A stretch of DNA of 64,000 nt from NCBI RefSeq assembly GCF_018350175.1, contig NC_058382.1, positions 50,718,001-50,782,000 of the forward strand. Direction: 5' to 3'. The translations under genes and the position numbers were made by a program. The notes beneath the pieces are model-generated. The model saw only the letters and a program-made list of their open reading frames with translations, was not told the DNA's origin and did no database searches. Positions 12,434 to 24,619 of this stretch are shown piece after piece. The first letter of the stretch is position 1, and each line of letters begins with the position of its first letter. Source of the stretch: Felis catus (taxonomy: Eukaryota).

Positions 12434-12645
12434 GGGGCACCTGGGTGGCTGAGTTGGTTAAGTGTGCGTGACCCTTGAGATCATGACCTGAGCCAAAATC
12501 GCTTGTTCACGAGATCAAGCGCCACATTGGGCTCTGTGCTGACAGCACGGAGGCTGGGAGGGATTCTATCTCCCTCTCTCTGCCCCTCCCCTGCTCGCAC
12601 ATGCCCACGCTCTCCAAACAAATAAACTTTGAAAAAAATGAAAAA
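12434..12645 (+). mobile_element. CanSINE with an internal 24-bp inversion
   Basis: Sense head and tail, but 12477-12500 is the reverse complement of the normal internal segment. Confidence 0.88.
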
Positions 12646-14001
12646 TTGTATCATCTCTATTTTACTTTTGTTTTCGTCTCTCTGTGGCTACCAGACAACT
12701 CTAGGCTAGGATCCATACGTTGATGATGAAGAGAGAAAGGAAGGCATGATTGCCTGGGTAAATCAGACCCCTGGTGCAGTTTTCCTTTAAATGGTTGAAA
12801 CCATTTTTTTTAAAAAATTTTTCCTTTTCATTCATTTTCACCTTGGCTGACGCCTTTCTGTTTGGTCGACTGTGTTTGCTCTGTGGTGTGCGGGGTGGGC
12901 AGGTGCTTACGAAGTCTACCAGTCCTCGAGGAGAGAAATGGAGAAAAGGCAGAGAAGCATTAGTGAATAGTCTCGAAATGGAAGCTCATCTACAAGCAAG
13001 TGGATATTTATGGTTTAATATCGCGGCCAACCAGTTTTGAGGCCCTGATTTAGCATTCCATCATACAGAGAATCGATCCACTTGTCCTTGCCTGGAGTCA
13101 GATGTAGTTAGATGAAATGAAGCTGATCTTTGCTGTCTGCAGACGCACACGAGCCAAATGTTAACCAGCTATTAAAAACTAAAATAATGTTATCTCTTTC
13201 CTGTTTCTGAAATGACAGCCAGAGCAGAGCCACTCAGCATCACCCCAACATTGTCTGCCTCTGGAGTGTTTAGCTAATTGTCTTGATTCTTGAAAATGTG
13301 TTTTCTACCGTAAGCACCTATAAAAAGGATTGCCGTAATGGTTTTTGCCTGTGGCAAAGTATGAAGAGGGCCCAAGCCTATGTGGTCCAGTTGTGTTTTT
13401 TTTTTTTAGACAGGCAAACACAGAAGTTCCTTTTACATTTGACTACCCAGCAATTTCCATAATATTTTCACAATTATATATTACATAAACGCTCTCACTA
13501 CATAATGAATATTTTTATTCCTTGATTCAATTTTATGGTAGGGAGACCATAATGGCATTAAAAATGTGGAAAATTCCTCTTCTTTTTAATGCCATCTGGG
13601 TTTCTACAATAGATGCCAAGTGGATATATGAATTCTAAAAATTATATAAAGTTGCTTACATAACTTCAATCTTATGATCTTTAGAAGGATTTGATATGTA
13701 GAGCAGACCCATCCAATCTGACCTTTTGTTGGTTTTGGATATTTTCACAAAGATTGGGGGAGGGGACTAAAAAGAATCCAGAAATTTCCATTTAGAGACT
13801 ATTGCCTGCCATTATTTTTAATGACAAATACCTCCAATTCAAGCAATGACAACAAAAGTATACAAATAAAAACTAAAACATTTCCCTAAGTCTAACCATC
13901 CAAAAAAAAATTGTTTACTTTTGGTGAAACTCACTCTGGGTGCTTTTAAGAGCACATACACAAATAGCTGATAGGTTTATGGAAAAAAGTATATTTTAAC
14001 A

Positions 14002-14167
14002 TTTTTAAAGATTATTCATTTTGAGAGAGAGTGAGAGCAGGGGCAAAGAGAGAGGGAGAGAGAGAGAGAGAATCCCAAGCAGACTTCATGCGGGGCTTGA
14101 GCTCACAAACGGTGAGACCATGACTTGAGCCGAAATCAAGAGTCAGATGCCTACCACCCAGGCTCCC
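14002..14167 (-). mobile_element. CanSINE (internally deleted)
   Basis: gagaatcccaagcagac...catgacttgagccgaaatcaagagtc...ccacccaggctccc. Confidence 0.85.
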
Positions 14168-14367
14168 TGGAAACCATGTATTTTAAAAATAAATCACATT
14201 CTGTATTTTTAATGAAAACCAAGACAAATGATAGAAAATAGGAACTGCCAACAATGGTCTATCATCTGGTTGTCAAAAAAGTTTTTTTTGTCTCCAATGC
14301 AGAACTTTTTTTTTTCATACCCAGGAGCAAGGAAGCAAATCCTGCTTTTTATGCTCAGTGTATTTTT

Positions 14368-14589
14368 TTTTTAATTTTTTTTCAACGTTTTTTTATTTAT
14401 TTTTGGGACAGAGAGAGACAGAGCATGAATGGGGGAGGGGCAGAGAGAGAGGGAGACACAGAATCGGAAACAGGCTCCAGGCTCCGAGCCATCAGCCCAG
14501 AGCCTGACGCGGGGCTCAAACTCACGGGCCGCGAGATCGTGACCTGGCTGAAGTCGGACGCTCAACCGACTGCACCACCCAGGTGCCCC
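14368..14589 (-). mobile_element. Young felid SINE (SINEC_Fc-type)
   Basis: CpG-rich; TSD gctcagtgtattttt (14353 / 14590). Confidence 0.95.
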
Positions 14590-15639
14590 GCTCAGTGTAT
14601 TTTTAAATTAAATGTTTATACATATGTTTAATACAAATCTCGATATTTATTTTTACTTTAAGTGAAAAATAAGCAGGTGAGACTAAGGAAATTTCACTTA
14701 AACACCAATGTTTAAATAAAAGTTTAAAAATAAACTGCCTAGTGTTAAGAAAAAAATAACCTTAGTCCCTTAGAAACCATATGACGTTATAGCTAAAGAC
14801 CTCAATGTAAAGAACCTTGAGGGTGATGATAGAAAGAATATAATTCAGGTATCCCAACTTGGATGTGTGTTGCTTTTCCTCTCTGGAAATTTACTGAATA
14901 TTTTTATTCTTGAATACCAGGAACACTCTATCATTTGATACATAAAATGGTTATTCAATTATTTAAAAATACTTAGTGATTAGTACAAATTGAATGCTTA
15001 CTAAATGGTTCACGTAATGAATCATTTATCATTTACAATATCATTGAGAATAGGAAGAAGGTTGGAAAAAGAGGACTTCACCCTATTTTGATTTTTTTAA
15101 CATAAAAATTTAAATGTCAAGAGCTTAGCTGGCTTAATTTTTAGTTTTAATTTATATTCTGCTCCTATCTGTGTATACTGCCCTGTGATTTAAAAATACT
15201 TAATAACTGGCACGAGTTGAATATTTACCAAATGCCAACTACTATTCTAAGCATTTTAATTTGCTCCTCAAAACAGATACTGAGTCAGATACTGATGAAT
15301 TGGATTTAGAAAGTGGTTCCAAGTTACCCTTGCTTGGGGGCGGGCGGATGGATGGCAACTCAGTTTGGCGACTGATTCCACATTCGCAAATGCTACGGTG
15401 TATTTGCTCTAAGTTTTGGTCTATGTCACAGCAGATACACAAGAGCAGAAAATAGACCCCACGGTTCACGATCTCACAGAGACAGAGAGGTAGAGCAGAA
15501 AACTGGATCCAGTGTGATCCATGAAAGTACAGCGCAGAAGCGGTAGGAAGGGAAACAGGAAATAGTTCAAAAAGAGTTTTCAAGATAAACGATGTGTGTG
15601 TGCATGTGCCCGCGCGCCCGCACACGTGTGTGTAAGTGG

Positions 15640-15970
15640 AGGTGCAGGTGGCAGTGTTTCCATGACGCCAGAACATCAGGTAGGATAGGAAGGCACAAGG
15701 TACCATGAAATAATTGGGTAAATTCCAGGTTAGTGGTAGACATGTGGTGTAAGATACAAGCAACTTAACAAAAAGAAAGAAACTTGGTGAGAAATACGAT
15801 AAGAGAGGGCGTTGGGTGCCTTGGGAAGACGTCTCATTCTGTAGGTGACGCTGGGCAATGAAGATTTTAATCAATGAAGGAAACATTTCTGTTGTAGAGG
15901 GATGATTGGCCGTTTGCAGATTGGAAGATGAATGGTGGAGACACAAATGAAGCTACAAGGCGGTCATAAT
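15640..15970 (-). mobile_element. L2 relic
   Basis: Purine-rich degenerate sequence resembling antisense L2. Confidence 0.4.
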
Positions 15971-16654
15971 TCTCTTAGTGACAGATGATGTGTTACTTTG
16001 TCTTATCAGCATCCTTAGTCCTGCTTAGAAAACACACAGTAAAAATAATTCAGGGAAAAATAGTTCACTGTACCATGAAAAAATCTTGACTAATGTGGGG
16101 AGAAATGTGGTTCTGTTGGAGGAAGTTTGTACAGGAAGGATGGGTTTTTGTTGTTGTTGCTGCTGTGTGTTTTGTTTTTTAGTTTTCTTTTTCTTTTTTT
16201 TTTTTAGCATAAAGAGTAGATAATTGGATATCATGTTTCTGTATCAGGGAAAATTTCAGATGAGATGTGCAACCTTTGCAAGATGGGTTTTCACCAATGA
16301 AGTAGATGAAGCATATTGCCAAGGTGACTTCATTGTCCGAACTGTGGAAACAGAATTTATCCACAACAGAAATCATTTGAGGGCTATGGGAACAAGGGAA
16401 ACTTCAGTGGGGTAAAAACTCTGGTATTCAGTGATATACCAAGATCTCCCAGTTTGTTTAGTGTAACCTAATATTTAACCTAGTATGAGAATCTGTATCT
16501 TTCTACCATCATCATTGTTATTGACATCATCTTCATTAAGTAAATCCTAGGCACTTACATTCATTTGACCCTACAACACCTTTAAGAATTGGGTGACATC
16601 ACGTTGTCCCTCTCTGTTGGTCTGTTTTTTTTTTCTAATTTGTGTTATTTATTT

Positions 16655-16865
16655 TATTTTTTTTAATGTTTATTTATTTCTGAGAGAGAGAAAGCATGAG
16701 CAGGGAAGGGATGGCAGAAAGCGGGGGAGGCACAGAATCCGAAGCAGGCTCCAGGGTCTGAGCTGACAGTCCAGAGCCCGATGCAGGGCTTGAACTCAGG
16801 AACCATGAGATCATGACCTGAGCTGAAGTCAGAAGTTCTGAAGTCAGAAGCCACCCAGGTGTCCC
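16655..16865 (-). mobile_element. CanSINE nested in the tail of the adjacent SINE
   Basis: Antisense body; TSD-like tgttattt(t)atttt on both sides. Confidence 0.88.
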
Positions 16866-17042
16866 TATGTTATTTATTTTAGAAAGAGAGTAGTGGAGGG
16901 GCAGAGAGAGAAAGAGAATCTTAAGCAGGCTCCACACGCGGCACAGAGCCTGATGCGGGGCTTGATCCCACAACTCTGGGATCATGACTCAGGCTGTAAT
17001 CAAGAGTCTGATGCTCAACCAACGGAGCAACCCAGGAGCCCC
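16866..17042 (-). mobile_element. CanSINE (older host copy)
   Basis: Antisense body ending cccaggagcccc; outer TSD-like tctctgt..tctgtttt at about 16610 and 17043. Confidence 0.85.
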
Positions 17043-17424
17043 TCTCTGTGTTCTGTTTTGTTTTGTTTTGTTTCTTAAGCCATGAGGCAATATTGGAGGA
17101 TTTAGGTTACTAGACCACGTAGATTCCCGATTCCCTACCCATTCTGTCTGAATTTGGAGCCCATGCTGAATTCCCTTATTTGAAGACAATTCAGGGAAAG
17201 TCAGGATTCAGCTTTTGCCGTGTGAATCTAAGGGACGGGATCAGGAGAACAAGAAGAAGCGAAGAAGCTCTAAGGAGATGCATTGGGACCCAACAGAAGC
17301 ACATCTCCTTGACATCTCTGCTGATCACCAAATAACCGGCTCCCTGGAGGTCCCCCCACTAACACTAGATACTCCCTGTGGCGGATGAGGAAAGGTGGGT
17401 GGGTAGCGACACTGCCCTAAGTGT

Positions 17425-17600
17425 CCTAACTCATCTAGTCCTTGTGATGATGCCACGGAGCAGTTCTGTGACTATCACTGCCATCTCACACGCCAGGAAA
17501 ATGAGGCACGAACGGGTTAGGTATCTGGCCTGATGCCAAAAGCTAGTGAAGGGAGAAGCCAGCATCAAAACCCAAGCAGCCCAGCTCTGGAGTCGGCCAC
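17425..17600 (-). mobile_element. MIR relic
   Basis: ggaaaatgaggcacgaacgggttaggtatctggcc, antisense MIR core. Confidence 0.65.
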
Positions 17601-20484
17601 CCTGTGGAGATGCTTCAGGCATCGGAACATATGGCTGAACTAAGTGAGTTTTGCCTTCCCTTCTAACCTTGAAACTTGCTGATCATATGCACTCTGCTGA
17701 CTGACACATTCCTATAGAAACACACTGCATCTCCTTGATGTTACACTGCCTGTCACATTCGGAAATTCTGGGGGAAAAAGAAACCTCTCTGAAGGTCATG
17801 CATGGGCAGGTGCTATAATGTGAAAGGAATTGAAATCCTAATTTGAAGGAATGCTTCATTTGCATCTACATGCTGCTGTATGATTTATGACAGGGAGACT
17901 TTGCACTGAGATAGAAAGTTTTACTGTGTGAGTGATTTTTCATTTTCCAATCTCAACAGGGGCTTGGAAATCAAAATAAAAAATTAATCACCTTATTTCG
18001 ATTTATATTAGAAAGTAATTTAAGAAGACGTCTCCAAAGTTTTCTTCTTTGACACACTAGTTGTCTTTGCTTGTAATCACATTATCACAAGTAGGTGAAG
18101 TCTCTAAAAATGACCAGGCAGAAAAAAAATATATTAAAAGCCCGCACAGTTGGGGGCCCGTGGGTGTGTGAAGTGAAGGCCATCGTGAGAATAGCCTTAC
18201 GTGCTAGTAGACGACTTAGTGACTTAAGCTCCTTGGTACGGAAGGTGGTTATTGAGACATCTCATAAACCTTCATGGCACTGGATCCTTGCTAAATAATT
18301 TTCGAAATTCTTTTTCTTGTTCCCCAATTACTGCGTATGGAAATATCCGTAACAAAAAAGAACAGAGCCCATCAAGTGTTATTTCCACCTCCGTAGATTG
18401 CGACAAAATACAAATAATTCAAGACTACACTCATTATATGCATTTTGAAATTACTCTTCCTGCAGATTCTTATCTGACTATAATAAATAGGAGATACTTT
18501 GTCATTCTCATGGAATAGCACGTTTATCTCCTTTCTCCCACAGTAGGCAGAGAACACAGCGGTAGTTACGGGAAGGAAGGCCGTGAGATATCAGTGTGAA
18601 AGATAACGCGCACCTGGTTCAGCTAAATAGGTTAGGAAATTTCATTTCCACCATATAATAACGGCTAGAGAGTCAACTTTCTATGTGAGATGAAAACTCT
18701 CCCCGTCCTCAATCATGACGCCACATGTAGATGTAGGTAGAACATGCCTTCAAACGAGCGTTTCCATTCCTTTCCTCTGAAAAAGAAGTTCTGGGCTTTA
18801 ATTTCCATAGGTCAGCCTGACTTGTCAGAGTTCATTATCATCAGTGCTAATAACGTATCCACTTACATTACGTTCTTCCAAATGATGCAGTTTTACATGA
18901 ATAAGATAGAAGTTTAACGAACAACGGACTGATACCTGACTTCCACGGTGTCCCTGCAATACAAAGATGATTAAGTAATGAGGTGTGAAGAAGTCGAAAC
19001 GTGAAATTATGTCATTATACACACAAGAGCTTGTATTTTTTTCATTGGAAATTTCAAAATTGTGATCACTTTCTTTTTTTTTCTGTAAAGACTTCGCCAT
19101 ACTGCGCTTCTTTTATTTTTCGTACCGTTGACCAACAAGGTTAGCGTGCAATGGGACTTTCGGAGCTGGATACCTTTACAGCTCAAGTAGCTTCAGAGCT
19201 AAGTGGTCGTTCTAAAGAGGTCCATCAGGTGTGTTAAGACACAAGTTGCTGTGTGAGGGCTGTTGGTCTTCCATATGCTAGTGTCGTTTCTAGGGCGTTT
19301 GAAAATCAGTCAGGCTATCTCACAAGATTTACCCCTCTCCAAATCTCGGCTGGCGTGGAATTTGCCATGTTTGCAAATCTTTAGAAAGGGAGCTATGTCC
19401 CCTTCTTGGAAACTTCAGGTTAAATGGAGGGACAAGAAATTGCACATTGGCTCAACTCTTAGAGAAAAATCTATGTTAAATACTCGAAATGTGTGAGTAA
19501 CTAGGGGTAGCCGGGAAATTGCTAAACAGTTCACATTTTTTGGCACACAGACAGGAGTATGACTTAGGGATTCGCCTACCTCAGTCTAACCCCCAATCCC
19601 ATTTTCAAAAGCATGTCTCCTATTTTTCTAAATAGTGTTAATACTCATAAATAATGTCATGAAAATGACCAGCAATTATTCATTATAATTGCAAACCAGA
19701 GAGTACGCATTGTGGGCTTTCAATTTATTTTACAATGTATTTTAGACGCCTAGAACATTCGTATATGCATGTGTGTATGCACGTAGATACGTGTTGGTAT
19801 GTTATACGCATACATATAACACAACTACACAAAGAAGACTTTACCACTTAAAGAATAGTGTGAGCAAACAAAAACACTTGACTTGCACTGAGAATGGGAT
19901 CCTAACTTGACTGTAGCCAATTCAGCAAGAAAAGGTGATTAACAGCCATGTATCAATAGCTGTATTAATCCAAAGTCCCTACTGCCAGCAGTTTTATATT
20001 TGTCTCTCTGAGCTTCCAGATGGACGGTGGCTGAGAGGACATTGTGTTTCACTGGAGCAATTAGTTTTTTCTTAGGATAATTTTTCAACAGTCAGAAGTA
20101 TTAGCAAGCTTAGCAAGAGATTCATTTTATTTTTCTGTATGACAGGAATGGCGGTTCTTTGGTGGTTGGCCATTTAGTCCAAAGCACCAGCTGGCAATCA
20201 AATCAAGATAATTTTTGTTTCGTTTCTTGGCTTGTTTCCTATATATTGCATGCGGAAGAGATACTTTTTAAATTAAGTTACTGAACAGAAATGTTGGGTC
20301 CTAGCCTGGAAATGGATTAACGGTTATTGAGATATCAGATCACAGCACGGTGTGTGGTTCAAGTTCCAAACAACAGGTGTCTGTTTTCTCTTTCTTACGG
20401 TGGTGATCATTGTTTTCAAATCTACCTAAAAGTGATGTCTTAGTGCTGCAAAAAGCAGATCTGAAAGTCAGAGGAGTTGTTGTT

Positions 20485-20685
20485 GTTTTAATGTTTATTT
20501 ATTTTTGAGAGGGACAGAATGCAAGCAGGGGAGGGGCAGAGAGAGAGGGAGACACAGAATCCGAAGCAGGCTTCAGACTCTGAGCTGCCAGCCCAGAGCC
20601 CAACGCAGGGCTTGAACCCCTGAACCGTGAGATCATGACCGGAGCTCAAGTCAGACGCTTAATCGACTAAGCCACCCAGGTGCCC
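20485..20685 (-). mobile_element. CanSINE
   Basis: Antisense canonical body. Confidence 0.92.
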
Positions 20686-21164
20686 GGTGTTTTAGTTTTT
20701 TGTTTTTAATTTCACGATACTATTTACCCAAAGTTGTATAGTATCAGAGTAGAAATTTTAATGCCTTGTTAAAATGTCTTCCAGTGTTTCAGGAACATGG
20801 GCGTTTTAAGAATGAGGTTAATTTTAGAGCCCGGGCCACTGAAACAAACACATGCGCAGTGCTTGAAAGAAGACTTTTTGCGTGACTTAAATTGAAACTA
20901 CTTTTCTGGATGCACGGTGGTGCTGTACAAATGAGCAGTCCCCATCAGCCGCTGTGGAACCAGCCTCTTTGCCCCTCTAAGGCTTGTGCCCTCACCTGTA
21001 ACCAGCAGATCCTTTGTACCGACCTCTCATGGTAGATAGGAGTTGGATGCTTAGGCACAAGAAGCAGTGGTCCACTTCCTGGCACCTGGTGGTGTGGGCC
21101 ATTGCACTCGCACGCATGCACAGACCATTTCTTTGAAACTTGAGAATAACCTCTTCAGGGGCAT

Positions 21165-21345
21165 GCACCAGGCATTGTGGTAAACACTTACAAACATCCG
21201 TTCATTTAGTCCACATACCCATCCCGTAAATAGGTATTTTTTAAAGTCTGCAAGATGTGAAACAACATGTCCAAGGTCCTACCGCCGTTGGGCAGCGGAT
21301 CTGAGATTCAAATGTTCCTCGCATTCCAACTCCAACGCTCTCAAT
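21165..21345 (-). mobile_element. MIR relic
   Basis: ccaggcattgtggtaaacacttac...tcatttagtcc...tccaaggtc...gagattcaaa. Confidence 0.55.
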
Positions 21346-21568
21346 CAGTGTTCTTTAGCTAATTGTTATGAATATCATCGATAGGGGCCTATGTACATAT
21401 ATAAATATACATGTATAGAAGAAATATAAAGTAATTGCTTATGTGTGTAAATTCATTTATTTCCGCTTATAATTTTCTTAGTATATCTAGATACGTTACC
21501 AAGATAACATATTTTAGATAGGATGTATTTCAAATATATCTCAGATATATATTTAGATAGGAAAGAAA

Positions 21569-22091
21569 TGAAGCCTGGTTCTTTTCACTGCCACAGTAAA
21601 GAATATAGGATAGCAAAAGGAAAGGAAAGCAGAGCAAAGTTTTATTAAAGCACTCATTGGAGGAAAGAGAGTCAAGGGAGACAATAGCCAGGGGATAGAC
21701 CCGGGTGTGGGCTTGCGTCATTTTTTTCTTGTGGGTGGGTCTAGGGTCACAACATTTGAGTGACCGGCCTGGGTTACATAACAATTAGCCTAAGAGGGGT
21801 GTCCTTTCCCGTGATACATTTGACATGCCTGCAGGGGGGTAGGGAAACCTCACCATTGTTTCTATTCTGGAGACAAAGGTCACATCAGGACAAGTGGCTG
21901 CTTTCTGGGCATAGTGTAATATGCACAACAAATTTAACTCTTCCTCTGCCAGGATGTGGTAACCACAAACCAATTGCTGGGCCGGTGGAGTGGGGTGGCC
22001 CCTGGGCTGTCCTCAGGTCCTCATCTGGGGCTCTCATCAGGACGTCTAAGGTCCATCCTCCTGTCACCCAAGCCTAGCCTCCTGCCTAGCA
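21569..22091 (-). mobile_element. Solo ERV-type LTR
   Basis: TG...CA termini, about 520 bp, GC-richer than flanks, AATAAA on the minus strand near its 3' end, 4-bp TSD-like gaaa/gaca. Confidence 0.65.
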
Positions 22092-23542
22092 GACAAAAAT
22101 GTGGATATCCTATATAAAGGCATAATATAGCCATAGCATGTGTGTGTGCCTGTGTGTGTGCGTCCTGTCCCTGTATGTGAATGTAAATTGCTTTATTTCC
22201 CCTTGATTGTCTTTATAACAGAGTTTGTGATAATTCAGTGTTGTCCAGACTTTGGCGCTCACTTTCCTGGAGGCCCTACTGGCCTCTTGGAAAGGTCACT
22301 GGGCTGGGAGTTAGAGAGGGCTGTTTCAGGTTGGGGCTTTACTTTCTGCATATACGAAATGAGGGTCTTGGGTGGAAGGGCCATTGAATTTCCAAGATGG
22401 CCCGATGATAGGGAGGTGCTAAACATTTTCTAGCACTGCGCTTTGGTGGGAGAGGAAAGGAAACGGGTATCAACAGACATTTCAAGAAACATTACCATCT
22501 GCCATGACTTTTACAACAATTCAAAAAGAACAATAACAACTGCAAAATTCCTGATCAAAGCCGTGGCTGAATTTATGAATTTGATTTTCATGCAAATTCA
22601 GCTCTGAACACGAAGTGAGTCGTGAAATGGAATTTGAAGGGGTCGTGCTCTGTGCTCGTGACTGACTGCAACATCCATCTGCCCCACTCCCCGCCCCCAC
22701 CCCCATCCTCACAGGGAAGAGATCATTCAGGCTGACGTGTGTCAGATGCTGTAAAATGGAGTTAATCATTTGAGAATGGAAAAATGAAGTTGTTTTCACA
22801 CCGATAATGAAACTCCTATTTGTTGTAGAGATTCCCGCCCCCGCTGGGAACCTTAAAATACTGCAAAATCTTACCTATTAAAAACTATATAAAAATAGAT
22901 CTTAGGAATATGTTTGAATGCCTGTAGAAAAGTCTGTAGCGAGAATCGGTAAAAATTTTGACTTTCTGCTAAAAATATCATAAAAGTTTATGAAAAATAA
23001 TCAAAGGACAGGAGGGAAGCTACGTTAATAGAGAAATTTAACAGCTTTTATTCCAGTAATAAAGATGAGAAAAGTAAGGAAACATCTATAGTAAATATAG
23101 CTGTAATGTTATCGCTAACCTTAATATATGGAACTCTCAATGATTTAGGATAATGGTGCTTTCAAGGGTAGCGAATGATTTATAAATTTTAAATGAACTG
23201 CTTACTCAGGTTAATAATTCTTATAATTAATTGCCTACTTAATAATTTTTATCCTCTATCCAAATGATTAGTCTTCAATGTTTTCGTATTGTCTAGGTAA
23301 ATATGACTCTCACACTGAAAGAACTTAATTAATGCTATAATTTACATGACTTGCTAAATTGTTACTTTATATTTTCCCCTATACTTGGTGATTGAGAAGT
23401 TTCAAGCCTTATTTGTCCTGAAAGTTTATTACCATTTTGTCTCGTAAATTCAAAATCAATTTATTATTGTGTGTTATTACAGGCTATGTCCTATTTACTG
23501 GGGTAGAGTTTTCACCCGGGAATGCCTGCTATTATACTCTCG

Positions 23543-23578
23543 AACAAACAAACAAACAAACAAACAAACAAACAAACA
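23543..23578. repeat. (AAAC)n microsatellite
   Basis: Directly visible. Confidence 0.9.
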
Positions 23579-24139
23579 TAAAAAAGAAATATATGCAAGT
23601 AACTCCAAAGTTCTAAAACTGAAATCGGTGTTCAAGCTCTTTTTATATCTAGATACCTGAGATAATAAATACCAGCCCTCAGCTCTTGCAAAGTCATCTG
23701 ACAAGTACAAGGGGGAGCATTCATGTTTTAAATATGGTTTGCAAAGCGTGGCTTCTGTTATTTTTTTCTCCATTCAAACAGTAGAGTGTTTCTGTTTCTG
23801 TCAACCTAGCGACCAGAAGAGAGCTTGTAATATATTTCTAGACTTTGTTGATGTTTTTTAATTTCTTTCCTTTACCATAGTTGTATTAACATTATTTAAT
23901 CATAGGCCTGGATGTTTACTTTTCTAACAACAGGATATTATTCATTCAGAACACACACTTTTCGTATTAGCCAAGGCTTTCTGAAATCACTCTGGTGTGT
24001 CAGTTGAAGGTACAATTAGGTGTTTTTCTAAATACCCAATAATTATCCAGCAGGAAATTCTACCATTTTTATTTCTTAGTTTTAACATACCCAGAGTGGT
24101 AACTCAAAAAAATAAGAAAGACCCAAACACGTTTTATGT

Positions 24140-24520
24140 GGATTTTAAAGTAAGCTTTATATTGAAGCATAACGTAGATAAAGGAAAATGCACCGATCCT
24201 GACCATGCAGTTCGGTGAATTTTCACAAAGTAAAGATGTGAAGGTGGCTGTCATAGAAGATTTCCCGTGCAATTCCTTACAGTGGTTACTAACCCACGTG
24301 CGAACTCGACACTGACTTCTACCACCATCGCGCCCCTTTCATTAGCCTCCCATGAATGAAATCATAAAGGAAAGCCTTTTGTTGTGGGCTGGTTTTCCCC
24401 AACATTATGTTTGACGTCTATCCACGTCATTATGTAAGACGTGAACCGATTTTTCTCACTGCTCTATAGTACTGCATCGTGGAAATACATACATGAGAGA
24501 TAGAGCCATTCCAGCATCGC
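24140..24520 (-). mobile_element. Old L1 (L1MC/ME-like) 3' fragment
   Basis: ctttatattgaagcataac...ggtgaattttcacaaagtaa...caacattatgtttg...tagtactgcatcgt. Confidence 0.55.
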
Positions 24521-24619
24521 TGGGGCTTAAGCAGCTGACTGATCCACCTGTTCCACATAGTAAATTTGGATCTATGGATATGTGGGCAACGGACTGAAAT
24601 GAGGCACAGCACAGCTGGC

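Noticed and set aside
15242..15946. Longest ORF (234 aa)
   Set aside because: Spans an L2-like relic and a TG/CG repeat; no recognisable domain.
16224..16415. Open frame between tgtatcag and gggtaaaa
   Set aside because: Weak splice sites and an unrecognised peptide.
18936..18953. Collagen interpretation of GHRGSQ (Gly-X-Y twice)
   Set aside because: No other Gly-X-Y exons found in the 64 kb.
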